From the NCBI GenBank assembly GCA_021740915.1, contig JAIOYW010000024.1, positions 17,705-49,704 on the forward strand: a stretch of 32,000 nt of DNA, written 5' to 3'. The stretch comes from Ignavibacteriales bacterium. Lineage in GTDB: Bacteria; Bacteroidota; Ignavibacteria; Ignavibacteriales; Melioribacteraceae. Below the pieces are notes generated by a model. The model was not told the DNA's origin, made no database searches, and saw only the letters and a list, made by a program, of their open reading frames with translations. The first letter of the stretch is position 1. Every line of letters begins with the position of its first letter. Below are positions 27,930 to 32,000 of this stretch, piece after piece. A program made the translations under genes and the position numbers.

Positions 27930-28447
27930 AATATTCTCATTTGTTGGTTGAAGGTAGTATCAGTTTTAACGTTGATTTTCTTAAAGAATACGTCTATTGT
28001 TCGGATGTAATCTTCCCTCTCTTTAAGTTCTTTTACCGGAAAGTCATCTATTTCCAAAGGTATCGCCCAAGCTAAAGGCTTGTAACCGTCCACAACATAG
28101 TGTATATGACCAGCGTAACCATCTAACCACTACCCCGCAAAAGGTCTAAAAATTTCTGGTACAGTTGGGGTTATTTCAGTTGGGTTAAAATGCCTACCAT
28201 TAAAATCAACTCTCAACAAACCATTTTGTGTGATATTGTCCAGGTGATGAAGACTTATCTTTAAGATCTTCTTTTCACTTTCTTTAATGTCAAGTAAAAA
28301 ATTTTGGTCTAAGTCGTCAGGAGCTGAAAGTGTCAGCCGAAAACTCATAGGATATAGAATTTCCATGATTAAGGTTCTAGAAATTTCACCATTCTGAACA
28401 ATATATTTGTCCAGTCCTAAAAGATATTCAGCTAATTCTACCGTCAT
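27926..28447 (-). pseudogene. unknown-function gene interrupted by a single in-frame TAG (28130-28132); the two halves form one 174-codon frame
   Basis: The 105-aa ORF ends ...RVDFNGRHFNPTEITPTVPEIFRPFAG-TAG. The same frame continues WLDGYAGHIHYVVDGYKPLAWAIPLEIDDFPV... for 67 more codons. It ends in a TGA that overlaps the ATG of the next gene (ATGA at 27926-27929). Confidence 0.6.
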
Positions 28448-28680
28448 TCTTAATTCTTAAATTTTGTGTTCAAAGATTACATCTTTTTGTTTACTGTTGC
28501 AAAAGCGTTTTTCAGAGTGAGGCACAACATCCTGCTTCACCCAATATAAATAACGCAAAAAAACCGGCAAAAACAAAAAACCGAATTACAGCGTTTTCGG
28601 GATATAATCACTATCTGAACAGGTTTCTTCATTATATCTTAAAATAAGAATAATTTGCAATTTATGCACGGAAAGTTTGG

Positions 28681-28920
28681 GGAGTTGAAAAGTTAGGAAG
28701 TTTGTCAAGTTAGAAAGTTGAAAGTTGGGAAGTGGAAAGTTCATCAAGTTGGAAAGTTAGAAAGTTAGAAAGTTCATCAAGTTAGAAAGTTCATCAAGTT
28801 AGAAAGTTGCAAGTTACAAATTAGAAGGCAGAATTTAGAATTTAGAAGTTAGAAGGCAGAAGTTGGAAAGTTTGAAAGTGGAAAGTTCATCAAGTTAGGA
28901 AGTTTGTCAGGTTGAAAAGT
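28681..28920. repeat. array of ~25 degenerate GTT-phased 8-9-bp units (GTTrGAAA / GTTCATCAA / GTTTGTCAr), C-poor on the plus strand
   Basis: Read directly. Contains the right copy (28781-28871) of the island boundary repeat. Its ends carry nested direct repeats (GTTAGGAAGTTTGTCArGTT near 28691 and 28894). Confidence 0.9.
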
Positions 28921-28975
28921 TCCAGGTTATTAATTCACCATTAACAATTTAGAATTAATAATTAGCAATTAGTAA

Positions 28976-29224
28976 TTAGTAATTGCCTTTAAAGTGTTTC
29001 TCGAATTCTTTTTCGATTTTGAGGTTGATCTCGTTCTTCATTTTTTCGAGGGATTCGTACAATTCTTTACGGTCAATTTTATAGGCGTATTCGGTTTCGA
29101 GAATAGTCACTCTTTTATCTATTGCACCATAGAATAATATTGCTGCGGTTACGACAGAAATCACATAAATAATAAATCTGAGCAATTCCCGCAGCTCGTT
29201 GGTGGAATGTTCATTTTTCAGCAT
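28976..29224 (-). CDS. small single-pass membrane protein with C-terminal coiled coil (phage-associated; holin/spanin-like is only a guess)
   Basis: TM segment LLRFIIYVISVVTAAILFYGAI. GGAG lies 6 nt upstream of the ATG. Confidence 0.45.
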   Translation of the reverse strand: MLKNEHSTNELRELLRFIIYVISVVTAAILFYGAIDKRVTILETEYAYKIDRKELYESLEKMKNEINLKIEKEFEKHFKGNY

Positions 29225-29417
29225 TTGCGCTCCATTTGTATTTCACTTTTACGGCTTTATGAGCCAGCCCGCCTCCGGTGAGCAGCATTCCGAGAAACCG
29301 GCAGACAGACTCTCCTTTCGAACCTTCTGGAAGAAAGCCGGCGATAAGCAGCAGCGAAGAGCCGATGACAGTTTTTTTGCCGCTAAGATATTGCCAGATG
29401 ATATTAAGTTTTTTCAT
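29211..29417 (-). CDS. small membrane protein (phage-associated)
   Basis: Two hydrophobic segments (VIGSSLLLIAGFL and FLGMLLTGGGLA). A strong AAGGAGG site precedes the ATG. Overlaps the next gene by 14 nt. Confidence 0.4.
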   Translation of the reverse strand: MKKLNIIWQYLSGKKTVIGSSLLLIAGFLPEGSKGESVCRFLGMLLTGGGLAHKAVKVKYKWSANAEK

Positions 29418-29476
29418 ATATCCTCCTTATGGAATATCCCGCGGGCACCCTCAACCCGCGGAACATCCACCCTCCT

Positions 29477-29881
29477 TTATCTGCCTTTAAGAACAGACCA
29501 TGTCTGGAATTTGTAAAGAACCTCTTTTGCAATCTGCATTGCAGCCGGGGCATATTCGCCGAGTGCGAATTTATCTCCGCGGGCTACGAGTGATACAATC
29601 TCCTCATCGGTGAGATCACCGGCTTCGGAAGCTGCCTGTGCCGAGCCGCTCAGCGCCGAAGTGAGGCTTATCGCAAATGAACCGAGCAGCGCAAGATCAT
29701 TCAGATTGATTGATCCATCGGCTTTAGCCTTCAGCCATATTTCAATTACCGTGAAATAGAGATCAACAAAATCGCTGAGCTCAGTGACTCCTGAAATATC
29801 AGGCGGAATAACGGCGTTAACCTTATCGAGATTAACAGGTATCAAAGCAGCTCCTCTGAAATTGAGTTCGTTGTTTTTCAT
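29477..29881 (-). CDS. hypothetical phage head-associated protein (134 aa)
   Basis: ATG at 29881 is preceded by GGAGG and directly abuts the capsid stop. The longer 156-aa version would overlap the capsid gene. No family recognised. Confidence 0.5.
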   Translation of the reverse strand: MKNNELNFRGAALIPVNLDKVNAVIPPDISGVTELSDFVDLYFTVIEIWLKAKADGSINLNDLALLGSFAISLTSALSGSAQAASEAGDLTDEEIVSLVARGDKFALGEYAPAAMQIAKEVLYKFQTWSVLKGR

Positions 29882-29891
29882 CCCTGCCTCC

Positions 29892-30827
29892 TTAATCAAT
29901 ACGCCAGCCTCTGCTCCTGTAAAGAGCCGAGGGATTCTGAAGAACAAGCGCCATATCCATATTTACGTTATTCGTAAGGAAATTGCCCGATTGTCCGGCA
30001 TACCTTACTTTCACGCCGACAGATGTGAGAGCCGTGAGATCGGTTCTTTCACCCCAGCGGACAGCATAAATATCGGAGCATCTCTCGACTGAAGTGCCAA
30101 CAGTATCGGTAAACGGAAGCAAAGGAGTGCCATCGGCAGCATAACCTGCGCCGCGGATGATCACATTGCCTATCTTTTCGATCTCGTCGCCGAGTTCATC
30201 TTTGCCGGTCCTGTAATAACCGAGTGCCTTTGCAACAGTAAGCCACCTTATTTTGAGGTATTCGTTCATGTATGCATGAGTGGCACCTCCGGGAATAGTG
30301 GCAAAAAGTTTGAGCAATTCCTCAAGAGCCTGCTGCTGCGATGTCACTTTGGCATCGGTATTTCCCAGAGGAATTACAAGTCCATTCGCTGCGGGTACGA
30401 GAATATTATCTTCCGGGGTCAGGTTTTTTAAGCCATCGAAAACAACCGGTTCCTCCGCGCTGTCACCGTTAAAGATTTTAGCCTGGAGCAGGTATCCTGC
30501 CGATTCAGCTTCAATCCTTGTCTGGTATATCAGTTCAGCTTCCGGATCTTCGTTCCTGTCTTCGAGAAGAACATCCACCTGCACATCGAAAGAGATTATC
30601 TTTTTAGCGGCGGGGATGTATTCAGGAATAGGCGGGACTGCAATGTTCGGATTATTCAGCGTCCTGAATACGGATGTGAGATTGCCTTCGCGCGCCTTTT
30701 TTACTGCATCGGCTGATCCTGCCTTTGCGTAGAAGCTGACATCTTTCAGTATCGGAGCCGTCTTTTCAAGTGCATTAACAACTATTGAAGTAACCGGATC
30801 CTTACTGCTTATTTCTCTTAATAACAT
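29892..30827 (-). CDS. phage major capsid protein (family not resolved)
   Basis: 311 aa, immediately downstream of a Mu gpI-type protease/scaffold gene. GGAGG lies 5 nt upstream of the ATG. Position and size fit a major capsid protein, but I could not match it by eye to Mu gpT or lambda gpE. Confidence 0.65.
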   Translation of the reverse strand: MLLREISSKDPVTSIVVNALEKTAPILKDVSFYAKAGSADAVKKAREGNLTSVFRTLNNPNIAVPPIPEYIPAAKKIISFDVQVDVLLEDRNEDPEAELIYQTRIEAESAGYLLQAKIFNGDSAEEPVVFDGLKNLTPEDNILVPAANGLVIPLGNTDAKVTSQQQALEELLKLFATIPGGATHAYMNEYLKIRWLTVAKALGYYRTGKDELGDEIEKIGNVIIRGAGYAADGTPLLPFTDTVGTSVERCSDIYAVRWGERTDLTALTSVGVKVRYAGQSGNFLTNNVNMDMALVLQNPSALYRSRGWRID

Positions 30828-30838
30828 AAAGCCTCCTT

Positions 30839-31663
30839 TTATCTGCCTTTTGTTTTAATGTATGATACTGCCATTCTGAGCGGGTCATTATCCTGCCCGA
30901 CTGCTTCCGAAAGATTAGCCGGAAACTCGGGAATGGCTGAATTGCTGATCAGTTTACCAAGAATTACGCTGGTTTCAGAAGGGGACTGGATTGCCATCTT
31001 CCTCCAGTCTTCCTTTTCGGATGGGGAAATTTTGCCTTCTGATACTGCTGAATTAACTATCAGTCCAGCGTAGGATTCCTGCAGGGATTCAAGTTTTTTC
31101 TCAAGAATTCCGATTTTTTCGATGATCTGCGTAAGCTCCGCTTCAGCAGGCGGTTCAGCAGATGCAGAGTTACGGATATGATCAATTTCGGAATCGAAAT
31201 ACGGAGTATTTGTGAGAGCCACACTAAGCAGAGCAGCCCCGGTTTTGTTTCCTTCCTTATCGCGGGAGCTAAGAGTGTAAACGGGAGAAAAATACCGGTA
31301 CTGATCGTCCTTAATTAGTGCGGCAGCCTTTTTTGCGAATTTGGGGTAAGGGATATAGAGCCCGTCTTCCTTTGCAACTGCATCTGCGGCAGCGCTCCAG
31401 CCGGCTGCCGCTGCGCTGGCATTCCAGAGCGATTCATGTCCGAAATCGAAAAGTATGTCCGCTCCTGAACGGTGCAGATTCTCAGCCATCTCGGTGATAT
31501 TTTCCGGGGTGACTTCATGTCCGCCATCGGTATGCGCCGGGAATTTACCGACCGGAACAATCCTTATCAGATCGGGATTTTCCGCCGGTATTCCGATGCT
31601 GTTAAAATAAATGTCACTTAAACCGCCTCCGTGTTTCGGCAGCGGTCTGATGCTTTTGTTCAT
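30839..31663 (-). CDS. Mu gpI-like prohead protease with C-terminal scaffold-like coiled coil
   Basis: IRIVPVGKFPAH...ILFDFGHESL...AAAGW...YRYFSPVY...LLSVALTNTPYFD parallels the Mu/FluMu I protein pattern (LPAGKF..IDYEHQ..AAGW..YRYLSAVF..SVALTNRPGLD). The C-terminus is helical (IIEKIGILEKKLESLQESYAGL). Confidence 0.8.
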   Translation of the reverse strand: MNKSIRPLPKHGGGLSDIYFNSIGIPAENPDLIRIVPVGKFPAHTDGGHEVTPENITEMAENLHRSGADILFDFGHESLWNASAAAAGWSAAADAVAKEDGLYIPYPKFAKKAAALIKDDQYRYFSPVYTLSSRDKEGNKTGAALLSVALTNTPYFDSEIDHIRNSASAEPPAEAELTQIIEKIGILEKKLESLQESYAGLIVNSAVSEGKISPSEKEDWRKMAIQSPSETSVILGKLISNSAIPEFPANLSEAVGQDNDPLRMAVSYIKTKGR

Positions 31664-31785
31664 TTTGCGCCTCCTTTTGTTAATTGATGAAGGCGAAACT
31701 AATTCCGTTCCGCCCTCTAAAAAAGCTTTTCCAATCCAAATACATATATGGAAAAATATCTTCGGATAAGGGTCTGCCTGACGCC

Positions 31786-31995
31786 TCAGTGCGTCCTCTG
31801 TCTTACCTTTCCGGAAGCGGGACTATCAGGCTCACGGTCGAATTTTTCCATAGTAATAAATCTGTAACCGCATTGCACACATACATACCTGCGGTAATCG
31901 CCGTGCGGGAATCTCTCGGTTTTGTATTGCCTTATTCCGCGGCGGTTGGCATCGTTTTTTTCGAAATTCCGGTTTTTGCATTTGGGACAATTCAC
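31786..31995 (-). CDS. zinc-ribbon protein (CxxC...CxxC; NrdR-ribbon/Ogr-Delta-like), start uncertain
   Basis: Contains CPKC and CVQCGYRFITMEKF. The annotated start is a GTG, and the frame remains open to the window edge, so the protein may be longer. Confidence 0.45.
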   Translation of the reverse strand: MNCPKCKNRNFEKNDANRRGIRQYKTERFPHGDYRRYVCVQCGYRFITMEKFDREPDSPASGKVRQRTH

Positions 31996-32000
31996 AATTC

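Larger units (their letters stand above)
15645..28871. mobile_element. putative ~13-kb genomic (defence) island bracketed by direct repeats
   Basis: Flanking direct repeats. All genes are on the minus strand. Spot-counted GC is lower than both flanks, and Shine-Dalgarno sites are mostly absent, unlike the phage block. No integrase is seen inside. Confidence 0.55.
28976..32000 (-). mobile_element. phage-derived head-morphogenesis module (prophage remnant or satellite-like element), continues beyond the window
   Basis: Mu gpI-like protease/scaffold and a capsid gene in tandem. Every start has a GGAG(G) site. Spot-counted GC is higher than the rest of the window. Confidence 0.65.

Noticed and set aside
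28130-28132. TAG as a sense codon (genetic-code reassignment or programmed readthrough) in the interrupted gene
   Set aside because: TAG terminates several well-defined genes in this window, with downstream genes starting immediately afterwards. These include the first ORF, the STAS gene, the 917-aa secreted protein and the NRDE gene. A nonsense mutation or sequencing error is more likely.
28681-28920. CRISPR array interpretation of the repeat tract
   Set aside because: The units are only 8-9 bp and directly abut one another. There are no unique spacers of regular length, no palindromic repeat and no cas genes nearby.
30280-30732. 150-aa plus-strand ORF antisense to the capsid gene, and similar ORFs: 29199-29516, 29784-30092, 30858-31073, 31315-31560
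   Set aside because: They have Ser/Ala/Arg-rich composition typical of antisense frames in GC-richer DNA. They overlap genes with good ribosome-binding sites on the other strand.
29892-30827. Encapsulin (bacterial nanocompartment shell) instead of a phage capsid
   Set aside because: The upstream gene matches the Mu gpI prohead protease/scaffold pattern and not an encapsulin cargo protein. The neighbours are small phage-like membrane proteins.

Overview
AT-rich bacterial chromosome segment. Gene content suggests an FCB-group (Ignavibacteria/Bacteroidota-like) organism, but that is a guess. It falls into four blocks. (1) 1-8870 is a plus-strand operon encoding a partner-switching module: one STAS antagonist, one RsbW-like kinase and three different GAF/PP2C (SpoIIE-type) sensor phosphatases, followed by a YhhN-family membrane protein. 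(2) 8950-15650 is a mixed stretch. It holds a solo IS200-like Y1 (RAYT-like) transposase with two GC-rich hairpins inside its CDS, and a DUF4062/Schlafen-like/HATPase_c_4 protein carrying an in-frame 12-bp tandem repeat. It also holds an 836-bp intergenic region, a large secreted protein with an internal domain duplication, and an NRDE/TANGO2-family gene. (3) About 15645-28870 is a roughly 13-kb lower-GC island, all on the minus strand, bracketed by direct repeats with a 35-nt perfect core. Its main operon is hsdM-rhuM-hsdS-GxxExxY-mcrB-mcrC-hsdR. It also carries a two-gene cassette of unknown function: a gene interrupted by an in-frame TAG, overlapping a DUF1828/DUF1829-like gene. (4) 28976-32000 is a higher-GC phage head module with strong Shine-Dalgarno sites: zinc-ribbon protein, Mu gpI-like protease/scaffold, major capsid and three small genes. 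It stops abruptly at a ~240-bp array of GTT-phased 8-9-bp repeats. The most interesting candidates are the repeat-bracketed defence island, its composite Type I RM/McrBC operon, the unknown two-gene cassette, the boundary repeat array and the DUF4062 fusion protein. All homology calls come from motif recognition by eye; no searches were run.
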